Source: an uncultured Methanosarcinales archaeon (GTDB taxonomy: Archaea; Nanobdellota; Nanobdellia; Woesearchaeales; GW2011-AR9). Taken from it: DNA of 41,681 nucleotides. This document shows, in pieces, positions 19,925 to 29,668 of this stretch; position 1 is the first letter of the stretch, and each line of letters begins with the position of its first letter. The DNA lies in contig CAYSWQ010000006.1 in the NCBI GenBank assembly GCA_964434885.1, positions 1 to 41,681 of the forward strand, written 5' to 3'. Under the pieces are notes generated by a model that was given only the letters and a program-made list of their open reading frames with translations, searched no databases and had not been told where the DNA came from. The position numbers were made by a program, and so were the translations under genes.

Positions 19925-20869
19925 CTAATTAACATTAATTTTATGTTTTTTAATAAATCTTTTAACTTCTTCCATATTCAACAATTTATTCTTTGTTCCA
20001 ATATATTGAATAACTGAACTAGCTTGAGCTTGTCCTTGTTTAATTGATTCTGAAAAAGGTTTTTTTCTAATAATTCCTGCTAAAAAGCCAGCAGTAAAAG
20101 CATCTCCTGAACCAGCAGTATTAACTACTTTTATCTTAGGCGGAGGAGAAGAATAAAATTTCCCATTATACGCATGTAAAGTCTTAGCTCCATTAGTAAT
20201 TGCCACTATTTTTGGACCTAATTTACTCAAACCCAACAATAATTTCCGAGGATTTCCTTTTGTCCCCAATAATACTTCTGCTTCTTTCTTATTCAAAACC
20301 AACACATCAGTTGCTTCCAAAACAGGTTGTAAATATTTTTTACCTTTCCGCGCCAAATACAAAGAAGGATTAAATAATAAATTAATTTTATGTTCACAAG
20401 AATATTTAGCAATTTTTTTTGCTGTCTGCCAAGATTTATCCATCAAACTAGCCAAATAAATCCACCTTCCATTTAATTGTTTAATATTAAAATCACTAAT
20501 CTTCAAATCTAAAGAAGCCCCTTTATGTACATAAATCACTCTGTCTTTTTCTAATTTGGAAGAAACAATTGTCGCTGCATCAGTTCCTTTCTTACTTTTC
20601 TTCAAACAAATATTTTTAACTCCAAATTTTTTCATTTCTTTCTCAATAAATTCCGCATCATGATCTTTTCCTAACTTACTCAAAACCTTAACTTTTAAAC
20701 CCATTTTTTTAAGAGCTGCTGCTGAATTAGTTGCTCCTCCCCCAGAATGTCTTTCAAAATTATTAATCAAAACCTTATCTCCTAATTTAACTTGAGAAAC
20801 CTTACGATTAACTTCCATAAATGTATCTACAGTTGCAGAACCTACACAAATTACATCTGTTTTGAACAT
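19925..20869 (-). CDS. PfkB-family carbohydrate kinase
   Basis: GSATVD, GGGATNSA, LNKKEA, NTAGSGDAFTAGF. Confidence 0.93.
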   Translation of the reverse strand: MFKTDVICVGSATVDTFMEVNRKVSQVKLGDKVLINNFERHSGGGATNSAAALKKMGLKVKVLSKLGKDHDAEFIEKEMKKFGVKNICLKKSKKGTDAATIVSSKLEKDRVIYVHKGASLDLKISDFNIKQLNGRWIYLASLMDKSWQTAKKIAKYSCEHKINLLFNPSLYLARKGKKYLQPVLEATDVLVLNKKEAEVLLGTKGNPRKLLLGLSKLGPKIVAITNGAKTLHAYNGKFYSSPPPKIKVVNTAGSGDAFTAGFLAGIIRKKPFSESIKQGQAQASSVIQYIGTKNKLLNMEEVKRFIKKHKINVN

Positions 20870-20925
20870 TTAACACCTCTTTAAAGAAAACAATATCTTT
20901 TTGTTTTTTAATCTTTCTAAAAAGA

Positions 20926-21166
20926 GTACATGTTTAGTTAGTTTTGCCAATGGAAGCCCATTTTTTCCGAGAGGGAAAAATCCCTGGGCCGTGCCCCACC
21001 GGCTTAGTCAAATAACTGTGTTGGCAAGAGCACTACCGCCAATGGGGGCACATTTTTGTCCTGTTTGTTAGGGCAAAAATCCCCGTGCCGTGCGTAGTGC
21101 TCTTGCTTTGCCAATAAATTTGACTAAGCCTGCCCCACCATACATTTATATATTCTGGATGAAGCC
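20926..21166. mobile_element. Older, degenerate host element into which MITE-A inserted
   Basis: Right end TATTCTGGATGAAGCC (21151-21166) is identical to the MITE-C TIR; contains core motif 20946-20994; TAAAAAGA at 20918-20925 and 21167-21174. Confidence 0.6.
21001..21130. mobile_element. MITE-A (130 bp), TIR GGCTTAGTCAAAT, 9-bp TSD TGCCCCACC
   Basis: Perfect 13-bp TIR (21001-21013 / 21118-21130); TGCCCCACC at 20992-21000 and 21131-21139; internal long stem. Confidence 0.88.
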
Positions 21167-21191
21167 TAAAAAGAAAACATTTAGAATTATC

Positions 21192-22112
21192 TCAATCTAC
21201 AATTGGATTCATTTGTTTACCAAATATTTTTGATATTCTTTCCATATAATTTTCTAGATTATTTTTAAAATAGGGTTTGTGTTCTTTCTGAATTTTTCCA
21301 ATTACATAATATGCAATTGCCATCATAACAGCATAATCTACATTATTTGGAAGGGGCACAAATAAATTATCGCCCCATTGTTCATTTTGTTTACCAAATG
21401 AAATAAATAACTCTTTAGATGGAACTACTGTAACTGCGTGTTTCATATATTCATATGTTTCAATATCTCTTGCTAATTTCCTACCAAACAATTCAATAAA
21501 TTTAACATTTAATAATCTGATTATTCCTTCAAATTCTTCTGGAACTATTAAAAAAAACTTATCATATTTCCTCAACTGAGAAAAATCCAACCCATCAATG
21601 TTCTCCTTAATAAACTGTAAGATTTCTTGAGGATTTTCTTTAGTATAGCCTAAAATCATCCCCATATAAGTAGAAGTGTTATAAGTATAAGGTTCTCTAT
21701 TTTTAGGAAAAATATATGTCTGATCAACAAAATCTTTTGCTTCAGCATCAATATTATTAGTAATCAAAGTGATTGGTTTATTCAATTTCTTTACTTTTTG
21801 TGCAATAATTGGTGCATGTTTACCACCTGATGCTGAAATAATAACAACTCCATCGATTGCTTCAATACCTAATTTCTTTTCTATATTAGATTCGTCTGCA
21901 AATACTGCATCTTTCTTCTCAAAAATAATTTTTCCAGTTGCTGCTGCATTACCACTACCCACTACCAAAGGTCTTTTGTAATGAATTTTCATTTCTGGAA
22001 CTTTTGTTTGAATAAATAATTCTAACGCAGCTAAAACACAATCATCTAAATCAGGAATATTATCAAGTGTAAAATTGTTCATAATTTCAATCTTTTTCAT
22101 AACTTCTGCCAT
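21192..22112 (-). CDS. SIS-fold sugar isomerase-like protein (possible divergent PGI/PMI)
   Basis: LVVGSGNA, IIISASGG, ITLITNN, then a second SIS-like half (KFIELF...HA); lies in the sugar cluster. Confidence 0.6.
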   Translation of the reverse strand: MAEVMKKIEIMNNFTLDNIPDLDDCVLAALELFIQTKVPEMKIHYKRPLVVGSGNAAATGKIIFEKKDAVFADESNIEKKLGIEAIDGVVIISASGGKHAPIIAQKVKKLNKPITLITNNIDAEAKDFVDQTYIFPKNREPYTYNTSTYMGMILGYTKENPQEILQFIKENIDGLDFSQLRKYDKFFLIVPEEFEGIIRLLNVKFIELFGRKLARDIETYEYMKHAVTVVPSKELFISFGKQNEQWGDNLFVPLPNNVDYAVMMAIAYYVIGKIQKEHKPYFKNNLENYMERISKIFGKQMNPIVD

Positions 22113-22169
22113 TATAAAAATAATTAATTGTAAAGAAGTTTAAATTTGTTGTGATTGATTAAAACATAA

Positions 22170-23873
22170 CTATTTTTCCAACAAACTTAAAGTCTGACCT
22201 GCATTCAACCTCGGAGTATAATAACCAATATAATCTCCTCCTTTAAGCAAATACTTTTTCACTTCAGCAGAAGTTAAATTCTTATCCATTGACAACATCA
22301 AACCAACTACACCAGAAACCATCGGTACTGCCATGGAAGTACCTGAACTAAAACAATAAACATCTGTCCCACAAATACTTAAAATCATTTCCCCTGGAGC
22401 TAAAATATCTACCCATGAACCATGATTAGAAAAAGAAGAAGGTTCATCATTGTTATCTGTAGAACCAACTGCAATTACTGAATCGTAGGCTGCCGGATAA
22501 TTCTTTTGACTTAACCCATCATTACCTGCTGCTGCAATAAAAACTATTCCTTTTTTACTCAAAATTTTAAAAAACCTATCTTCGTATTCAGAATATTTAG
22601 TTTTTCCTAAACTCATACTTATTACTCTCGCCCCTTGAGAAATTGCATATACTACTGCTCTCAATAATGTTGGACTATCTGTACCTCCTTCTTCATCTAA
22701 AGCCCTAATTCCCAAAATTTTACATTGTGGACAGATTCCTGCTATCCCAAAATGATCATTAGTTTGTGCTGCCACCACTCCAGCCACATGCGAACCATGA
22801 ATCTCTTGTTTAATCTTTGGACTAATATCTCTATCTCCTTCTACAAAATCATAATTTTGATAAAACAACAAATTTGGAGTTAGTTCAGGATTTGAAAAAA
22901 TACCTTGGTCAATTACTGCAATAACCGAACCAGAACTAGCCAAATCCCAAGCTGATTCAATATCAATATCTGCCCCAATTGTTCCAAAAAATCTTCCATT
23001 ATTCTTCAAATACCATTGGTATTTGTAAAAAGGATCATTTACTTTTCGCGATGGTTTTCTAACTAACTTATGAATCAAATTATAACTAAAATGAGGATAA
23101 CTGATTGAATTCAAACTAACACTCTCTACAAAATCATATTCTAACAATTTTTTTCGAATCTCTCGATAACTTATAGAAGTATTAAGAACAATTTTTTCAT
23201 CATAAACCATCTTTCCCAAAACCTCTTTCATCTCAAAACTAAACAACCTACTACGACTAATTAATCCAAATTTATTCAAAGTCGAATTATAGGAAGAATC
23301 ATTTTTTATTTCTCGCTTGTAACTTACAATAAATTCTCCAGTTACAAATGATTTATTTCCAATTTTATTTAAATCACCCAAAACAAATTCTCGCCCTTCT
23401 AAATTAAATTTCGGATTTTTTAATTTACTAACTTCATTTTTTTTAACTAAAATTTGATATTTATCAATTTGTTTACTTTGGTCTTGAAAAGACAATTTGG
23501 TTTTTAGTCCAACTTCCACCAAGTAAGATTCTGACCTCTCCACTACTTTAACTTGCAAAGGCAATTTAACTTCTACTTGTAATCCATAATAAGAAACCAA
23601 ATCAAAACATTCTTTCAAACTTAATTTCAAATACTGATTTAAACCAAATTTGTCTACTCCTACCTTACTTACGGCTTGTTTAATTTTAGGACGAAAACAA
23701 TTTTCCATTGTTGAAGTAAAAGAAGTAGCTAATGTATCAATTGTCATCAAAGGAGGAGATTCTACACTCTTTGTCTTAACTCCAACATAAATCGCTAAAC
23801 TAAAAGCAAACAATATCACCATCCCTAGAATAATAAAAGCAGTTACTTGTCCTCTTTTTTTTAAACAACTCAT
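22170..23873 (-). CDS. Subtilisin-like S8 protease with class III (pilin-like) signal peptide
   Basis: KKRGQ followed by a hydrophobic helix; triad AVIDQG, HGSHVAG, SGTSMA; oxyanion AAGN. Confidence 0.92.
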   Translation of the reverse strand: MSCLKKRGQVTAFIILGMVILFAFSLAIYVGVKTKSVESPPLMTIDTLATSFTSTMENCFRPKIKQAVSKVGVDKFGLNQYLKLSLKECFDLVSYYGLQVEVKLPLQVKVVERSESYLVEVGLKTKLSFQDQSKQIDKYQILVKKNEVSKLKNPKFNLEGREFVLGDLNKIGNKSFVTGEFIVSYKREIKNDSSYNSTLNKFGLISRSRLFSFEMKEVLGKMVYDEKIVLNTSISYREIRKKLLEYDFVESVSLNSISYPHFSYNLIHKLVRKPSRKVNDPFYKYQWYLKNNGRFFGTIGADIDIESAWDLASSGSVIAVIDQGIFSNPELTPNLLFYQNYDFVEGDRDISPKIKQEIHGSHVAGVVAAQTNDHFGIAGICPQCKILGIRALDEEGGTDSPTLLRAVVYAISQGARVISMSLGKTKYSEYEDRFFKILSKKGIVFIAAAGNDGLSQKNYPAAYDSVIAVGSTDNNDEPSSFSNHGSWVDILAPGEMILSICGTDVYCFSSGTSMAVPMVSGVVGLMLSMDKNLTSAEVKKYLLKGGDYIGYYTPRLNAGQTLSLLEK

Positions 23874-24464
23874 CTATTTCCTCTTTTTGTACAATACAAA
23901 ACCAACAACTACAATCAAAACCAATAAACCAATTCCTATCAAAACCCATCTCACAAAATTTGTTCCAGCCACTTTTTGATTTACTTTTTTCAATTCTTGT
24001 TGTTCCCATTTTTTATTTTGATTTTTAGTAATATTCTGTGGTACTTTCTTACTTAAATCACTAACATCAATGGTTAGAATTTTTTCAACATTCTCATCAA
24101 AAATTTGAATCTCTTTGGCAGTCTCAGAATATGGAAGATAAACAGTAGTTTTTGATTTATTCAAAACTATTATACCTCCACTATTTATTTTTCCTGTTTT
24201 CTCATCGATTCCATCCCATAAAATAATATTGGGAAAACTAAAAAAAGTTTCATTCAAAACCTGCCCTTGGTAGTCAACAACTTCTGCCAAATAATCTGCC
24301 CCTAATTCTTCAATTTCTTTTGAAAATGGTTCTACATTTACCGAAACATATGAAACATTACTTTGGTCATAATGCAGTTCAATCTTGTAATATTGATTTA
24401 TTTCAGCAAGGGAAAAAGTAACTAAAAATACCAATACCATCAGCCAAATAATTAAATATTTCAT
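23874..24464 (-). CDS. Exported protein with C-terminal membrane anchor
   Basis: Signal peptide, beta-rich body, C-terminal TM and KKRK. Confidence 0.75.
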   Translation of the reverse strand: MKYLIIWLMVLVFLVTFSLAEINQYYKIELHYDQSNVSYVSVNVEPFSKEIEELGADYLAEVVDYQGQVLNETFFSFPNIILWDGIDEKTGKINSGGIIVLNKSKTTVYLPYSETAKEIQIFDENVEKILTIDVSDLSKKVPQNITKNQNKKWEQQELKKVNQKVAGTNFVRWVLIGIGLLVLIVVVGFVLYKKRK

Positions 24465-24465
24465 T

Positions 24466-26679
24466 TTAACCCACCATAATTTTTTTGTAATCTTTCTGTT
24501 CTATTATTCCTTCTTCCCTAAGCAATTCCAATGCATCTTTATATCTCTTGGCCCAATTCTGAGCAACTTGGGGTGTCATTTTTTCCTTTGACCCTTTAAA
24601 TAAAGGTTTACCCATTTTCTGTCGATAAAATTGACTATTGGGATCCATCCACTCAACATATGATGGGTGAAAACCATTAGCAATACTTTCAACAAATGTG
24701 GCAGTATATTCATACACATTATTACAACCATATGCTCGAGTACAACCAAATCTAGCGTCACTTTCTTTATCTGACCATTCAACAGATGTACTACTCCCTT
24801 CACGAGGAGCTAAATTTTTACCCAATTTATCTCCAATAATTCTTCTGATTTTGTCATTAAATGTTTCTTGGATTAATTTTGCCCTACTACTTGATCTATC
24901 TTTTTGGTAATGAGTAATTTTATTCTCTCTAGCCAACTGCAATAATTCATTTTCTTCCTTTTTTGTTAATTGAACTCGCCAACCTGCACGAGATTTAAGT
25001 TTAATTTTATTATTTTTGACATCAATCAAAACAGATGCTAAATCTTTCTTAAACATCCATTTTTTCATTTTTTGTTTAAATTTAATCGCCATTCTTTTTT
25101 CTTTCTTTTCAATAGAGAAATGATATGTATGAACTGCTTCATGATATAATGTACTAAACTCTAGATTTTCACTCAAAAAAATCTTCTGATCTTTCTGTCT
25201 TGCACACGCGTCAGCCTTCATACCACTACACCCCCAATCTTTCTTTGGTCCAACCCAAATACCTTTAACTTCTTTCTTTAATTTATCTGGCAAATTTTTA
25301 AAAGTATCAATCACCAAACTTAGTTTAGTGGTATCTCCAGAATAACTATTGATTCCAACTTCTTTAGCCCACGCAGAAAGATAATTAATAAAAATTCTAT
25401 TTTCCTTTAAGGTTTCAAGACTACAGGTTTTACATTCTACTTTATCTGGAGAAATTTTTTCTGGAACAATGGCTAAATTATTATTTTTATCAAAAATAAT
25501 CCTCTCTTTCTCATTTTTTGAACCCAATAAATCGTTATTCTTTTTATCTAAAAAACGCAAAACCATCGGAATACTATTTGGACGTTTTTCAATAGGTAAA
25601 TGGCCAACACCTGTCTTTAACCCATAGTCAACGCGCTTATTTTCAAAAAGAACTTGATGTTGGCCATTATTCAATTGAATTAATAATTTTCCATCTATAT
25701 TTGGTTTAACAATTACTTCTGGAGAAAATTTTAATCTTTTATTTATTGTCAATTTTCCATTAACAATCTCAAATGAAGTAAGATCTTGGTCGTCCATCTT
25801 GAAATATCCATTTCCTGGCTTGAATTTCATTTCTAAAAAATGATCTCTTTCTTTCTTATCAACATATGCATGAAACTTACTTGTTCCAAAAGAAATATAA
25901 TTTCCCGAATGTTCTTTCCCATCAAAATGAATTTCTGTTTTTAGTTTCCATGATTGTATTTTAATACCATTAATTTCCGCTTTCATTTTACTAAGAACGA
26001 AAATTTTTCCTTGATCAAAATGTAAATCTCCTTTAACAGTATTGCCCAAATAATTTAGTTTTAGATCCCTTGTAATTATAAACACTTTATCTTTTTTTGG
26101 AATATCAATATTTTTTGAAACACTACCTAATTGATATAATTTAATATTGCCTTCATTATCAATTTCAAAAAAATATCCTTTATAACCAAGATGAGATAAT
26201 GTAGCTTTTCCTTTATTTCCAGAGGTCGCCTGCAAAACTCCATTCTTGATCATAGCACCTTTACCAAAACTAGAAATTCTCCGATTATATTTTTTTTCAA
26301 TTGCTAATTTAGCTTTTTTCTCCCCAAAATCCTTAACTAAATTATCGCTCTTCTCCAAAAGCTTTCCTTTAGCCAAAGTAGCACTAGTCAAACTCTTTTT
26401 CTGTCCAGATGACAAAGAAGAAAACCTTGATTCCAATACATTAACTGGAATATCATTCACTCTTTCTTTAGGAATGTTGCTTAACTCCACTTTCTTCCAA
26501 GCTTCAACACTAATTGTACCATAATCTCCTTTACTCCAATCAAATGAATCAGGATTATTTGAATTATAAATTTTAGATAATTTGAATTCCACATCAGTAG
26601 TAGATTGAGTAATTTTTCCCATTCCAAAACTGATTAAAAAAATGAATACTATTCCCCAACAGATTATTTTCTTATTCAT
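24466..26679 (-). CDS. Large exported protein with C-terminal HExxH zincin-like domain
   Basis: Signal peptide; YHEAVH; downstream RAYG...YEYTATFVE as a possible third ligand. Confidence 0.65.
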   Translation of the reverse strand: MNKKIICWGIVFIFLISFGMGKITQSTTDVEFKLSKIYNSNNPDSFDWSKGDYGTISVEAWKKVELSNIPKERVNDIPVNVLESRFSSLSSGQKKSLTSATLAKGKLLEKSDNLVKDFGEKKAKLAIEKKYNRRISSFGKGAMIKNGVLQATSGNKGKATLSHLGYKGYFFEIDNEGNIKLYQLGSVSKNIDIPKKDKVFIITRDLKLNYLGNTVKGDLHFDQGKIFVLSKMKAEINGIKIQSWKLKTEIHFDGKEHSGNYISFGTSKFHAYVDKKERDHFLEMKFKPGNGYFKMDDQDLTSFEIVNGKLTINKRLKFSPEVIVKPNIDGKLLIQLNNGQHQVLFENKRVDYGLKTGVGHLPIEKRPNSIPMVLRFLDKKNNDLLGSKNEKERIIFDKNNNLAIVPEKISPDKVECKTCSLETLKENRIFINYLSAWAKEVGINSYSGDTTKLSLVIDTFKNLPDKLKKEVKGIWVGPKKDWGCSGMKADACARQKDQKIFLSENLEFSTLYHEAVHTYHFSIEKKEKRMAIKFKQKMKKWMFKKDLASVLIDVKNNKIKLKSRAGWRVQLTKKEENELLQLARENKITHYQKDRSSSRAKLIQETFNDKIRRIIGDKLGKNLAPREGSSTSVEWSDKESDARFGCTRAYGCNNVYEYTATFVESIANGFHPSYVEWMDPNSQFYRQKMGKPLFKGSKEKMTPQVAQNWAKRYKDALELLREEGIIEQKDYKKIMVG

Positions 26680-27493
26680 TTGTTATATTTTCAATTAAAA
26701 ACTCTTTACTTTCACTTCGGTTTCCCCAATCATACTGGTTCACAAACTCGTAATAATAATCTTTTTTCTTAACTTTAACTTTCTCATCAATCACTACAAA
26801 CAACATCGTATTATTATCTGGACTCATTTCCACCCTTAAATCATTGTCAATCGCTAATTTAGTTAAACAACTAAGACAGATTGAATCATTCTTCTTTTCT
26901 TGTTCTTGCATAAATAAATCAATGGTTTTATGTACTGCTTGTAATCGAGCTGAAACTTTAGCTTCAAACAAAGTTAATTCTTTTCCCAATGTTCCTTTAA
27001 CAAAATACAAAGGTAAAGTAACTTTAAAACTAACTGACTTTTTACTAAGTTTGGTTTTGGTCTTCATCTTCCCTTGTTCAATCCGATAACCTTGTTGTTG
27101 AAAAGATTTAAAATTTCGTAAACAAAAGAATAAATTATCTTCTAAATACAAAGATAATTGTCTTTCTAGTTCTTCTCGAGAAATAACTTTGTTTTTCTTT
27201 TCATAAAAATAATAAGGTAACATAAACTCTGAATCAAAAACTTTCGGCAATTGATAATATCCTCCATGTTTACCAATATACACCAAAGCTTCTTCTCCAG
27301 TTTGTTGAATACATTTCTCAACATAATTTTGAATATTACTACCTATTTGAATCCCTTGAAATGTTTTTTCTTTTTCTAATGAGGTCTCTTCTGCAACATA
27401 ATTTTTAGAAATAAAAATAAGACTTGCCACCAATAATAAAACTATTACTCCAACTATCAAAAAAACCGAAACTTGTCCTCTTTTTTTAAACAT
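26672..27493 (-). CDS. Class III signal-peptide (pilin-like) surface protein
   Basis: KKRGQVSVFLIVGVIVLL; IQNYVEKC and GKHGGYY motifs. Confidence 0.8.
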   Translation of the reverse strand: MFKKRGQVSVFLIVGVIVLLLVASLIFISKNYVAEETSLEKEKTFQGIQIGSNIQNYVEKCIQQTGEEALVYIGKHGGYYQLPKVFDSEFMLPYYFYEKKNKVISREELERQLSLYLEDNLFFCLRNFKSFQQQGYRIEQGKMKTKTKLSKKSVSFKVTLPLYFVKGTLGKELTLFEAKVSARLQAVHKTIDLFMQEQEKKNDSICLSCLTKLAIDNDLRVEMSPDNNTMLFVVIDEKVKVKKKDYYYEFVNQYDWGNRSESKEFLIENITNE

Positions 27494-27532
27494 TTAAAGA
27501 TGATTATTTTAGGGTTTATTAATATTACTCAC

Positions 27533-28063
27533 TCAATTAGGCTGCTTCAATAATTCCAATAATTTATTCCCAAACTCTTCTGCTGCCTGTGGACCATTAG
27601 CAGTCACAATCCTTCCATCAACAACTACTGGTTCATCAACAAACTCTGCTCCATTTTTCTCCAAAACTGCCTGCTGCTTTCCATCTTCATTCCAAACAGT
27701 AGCTTTTTTCCCTTCCAACACCCCAGCATAAGCTAAAATCGTTGGTGCAATACAAATCGCCCCCAAAACCTTTTCACGATTCACTGCTTCTTGCGCCGTC
27801 AAATGTGCTTGTACATCTTGTTGATATTTATATGCACCAGGACCCCCTACAAAAACAACCCCTTCATAATCAGAAACATTAACTTCATCAATACTAATTG
27901 TCGCTTCTACTTCTAATCCAAAAGCCCCCTTACATTTACCAACTTCCTTCGAACAAATCACAAGTTCATAACTAGCTTCTTCCAAAATCTTCTTAGGAGC
28001 ACCAAATTCATGATCTTGAAACCCTTCTTGTGCAATAATAAATAATATTTTCATATAGTTCAC
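27533..28063 (-). CDS. DJ-1/PfpI family protein
   Basis: GFQDHEF, FVGGPGA, GAICIAP, IVTANGP. Confidence 0.93.
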   Translation of the reverse strand: MNYMKILFIIAQEGFQDHEFGAPKKILEEASYELVICSKEVGKCKGAFGLEVEATISIDEVNVSDYEGVVFVGGPGAYKYQQDVQAHLTAQEAVNREKVLGAICIAPTILAYAGVLEGKKATVWNEDGKQQAVLEKNGAEFVDEPVVVDGRIVTANGPQAAEEFGNKLLELLKQPN

Positions 28064-28064
28064 C

Positions 28065-28268
28065 TCATATCTTTTCTTCTTTAATCAACTTAACAAAATG
28101 TTCAAAACTACGATCATAACTCTTCTCTGCATCATCTGGAAAACAACAAGCTGGTAACTCTCGATTAGCTAAATGATATTTCAAACATTCACAACAAATC
28201 CCTTTTTTAGAACAACCACCATAACTACAATTACACAGTTCTTTGTTTACTTCTTTTTTACATTCCAT
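28065..28268 (-). CDS. Small Cys-rich protein (DUF6485-like)
   Basis: [21 protein letters not shown]...LPACCF...YDRS. Confidence 0.8.
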   Translation of the reverse strand: MECKKEVNKELCNCSYGGCSKKGICCECLKYHLANRELPACCFPDDAEKSYDRSFEHFVKLIKEEKI

Positions 28269-28351
28269 TTTAAATCATCAATAAAGATTATTATTTATAA
28301 TTTTCCAAAAAAACCAACAACTTTATTTACCTGAAAATATTCCTTCTTAAA

Positions 28352-29347
28352 ATGCTTACAGATATTTTAGTCTTGCTCGGAGGAGTAATCTCAATTTTAG
28401 TTTTAGCAGATATCATTGTTAGAGAATCATTAAGATTAGCTAAACACTTTAATTGGTCTGGAACTTTCGTCGGACTCACTATCTTAAGTATAGGAACTAG
28501 TATTCCTGAAATAATGGCTGCAGTCATTGGGAGTATAAATATTCTCAAAGACCCTAGTCAAATTAACACCCTTTCTGGTTTAATCATTGGAACTAATGTT
28601 GGTTCTGATATCTTTCAACAAAGTTTTGTTTTAGCTTTAGTTGGGCTAATAGGAACTATTGTGGTTATAAAAAAAAACTTAGTCCCTGAAGTTGGTGCTT
28701 TAATTGGTGGGGCAATTTTAATGTGGATCATGACAATTGGAGGGTTCATCAATCGTTTTGAAGGTTTTCTGATGTTAGCAGCTTACATTGCCTACTTAAT
28801 CTATTTAAAGAAAAAACAAGACCATGATCACACCGTTAAACATGTTACTGAAAAGAAATTTAAAACAAGTAAGTTATCTAGAAAAAGAATTCTTGTAGAA
28901 ATTATTATCATCTTAGTCGGTTTCATAATTATGGGTCTCACAGCCAATTTAGTCATAAATACCTCTGAAAAACTAATTTCTACTTTTAATATGAGTGCTT
29001 CTTTATTTGGAGTATTACTTTTAGGTGTTGCTTCTGCTTTACCAGAATTAACTACTGCTTTAATCGGAGTGTTAAAACATAAAAAAGGTGTTTCCGCCGG
29101 AGTTTTAATTGGTAGTAATGTTACTAACCCACTATTTGGTTTAGGATTAGGGGCTTTAATCTCTGGTTACGCCGTACCAAAAGTAACTATGTTTTATGAT
29201 CTCCCAGCAAAAATTGGTATCGCTGCATTAATCTTCTACTTCCTTCACGGCAATGAAAAACTAGACAAATGGCAAGCAGTAATATTAATTGGAATCTTCG
29301 TCATATATCTAATAGCTAGAATGAAATTATTCCCGGTAGATTTTTAA
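28352..29347 (+). CDS. Na+/Ca2+ exchanger (CaCA) family antiporter
   Basis: Alpha repeats GTSIPE...GTNVGSD and ASALPE...GVLIGSN. Confidence 0.92.
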   Translation: MLTDILVLLGGVISILVLADIIVRESLRLAKHFNWSGTFVGLTILSIGTSIPEIMAAVIGSINILKDPSQINTLSGLIIGTNVGSDIFQQSFVLALVGLIGTIVVIKKNLVPEVGALIGGAILMWIMTIGGFINRFEGFLMLAAYIAYLIYLKKKQDHDHTVKHVTEKKFKTSKLSRKRILVEIIIILVGFIIMGLTANLVINTSEKLISTFNMSASLFGVLLLGVASALPELTTALIGVLKHKKGVSAGVLIGSNVTNPLFGLGLGALISGYAVPKVTMFYDLPAKIGIAALIFYFLHGNEKLDKWQAVILIGIFVIYLIARMKLFPVDF

Positions 29348-29616
29348 GCCACATTCTTATAGTCATGATGTAAGTTCATTAAAGTGTGAGCCTGTAAAAC
29401 CTGCATGGCTTTTCTTTCATTACTCCTTACTCCATTAAATTTGGGTAACGCTCCGGATTTACGCACTACAATTCTTCCTTCCGCTAAAGCTTTTTCATAA
29501 ATTTGTATTATTGCTGCTAAAATCTTCTTATCTTCATTATCTTCGTAAAAAATAGGCCCATAAGAACTTTTTAAACAACCTGTAATTTTTTTTAATTTTC
29601 TTGGTATTCTACCCAT
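29344..29616 (-). CDS. Hypothetical protein
   Basis: ORF downstream of gdh; ATG at 29616 is more plausible than the TTG at 29655. Confidence 0.5.
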   Translation of the reverse strand: MGRIPRKLKKITGCLKSSYGPIFYEDNEDKKILAAIIQIYEKALAEGRIVVRKSGALPKFNGVRSNERKAMQVLQAHTLMNLHHDYKNVA

Positions 29617-29668
29617 ATAAAGTATAAAAATAAAAAAGATTATAATCTTTTCCAAAAAAACAAACCAA

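Noticed and set aside
20946..21093. Core motif as a bulge-helix-bulge substrate of EndA
   Set aside because: The bulge is 4 nt and the opposite side is an irregular internal loop, not the canonical 3-4-3 geometry; on the strand favoured by wobble pairs the bulges lie on the wrong side of the helix.
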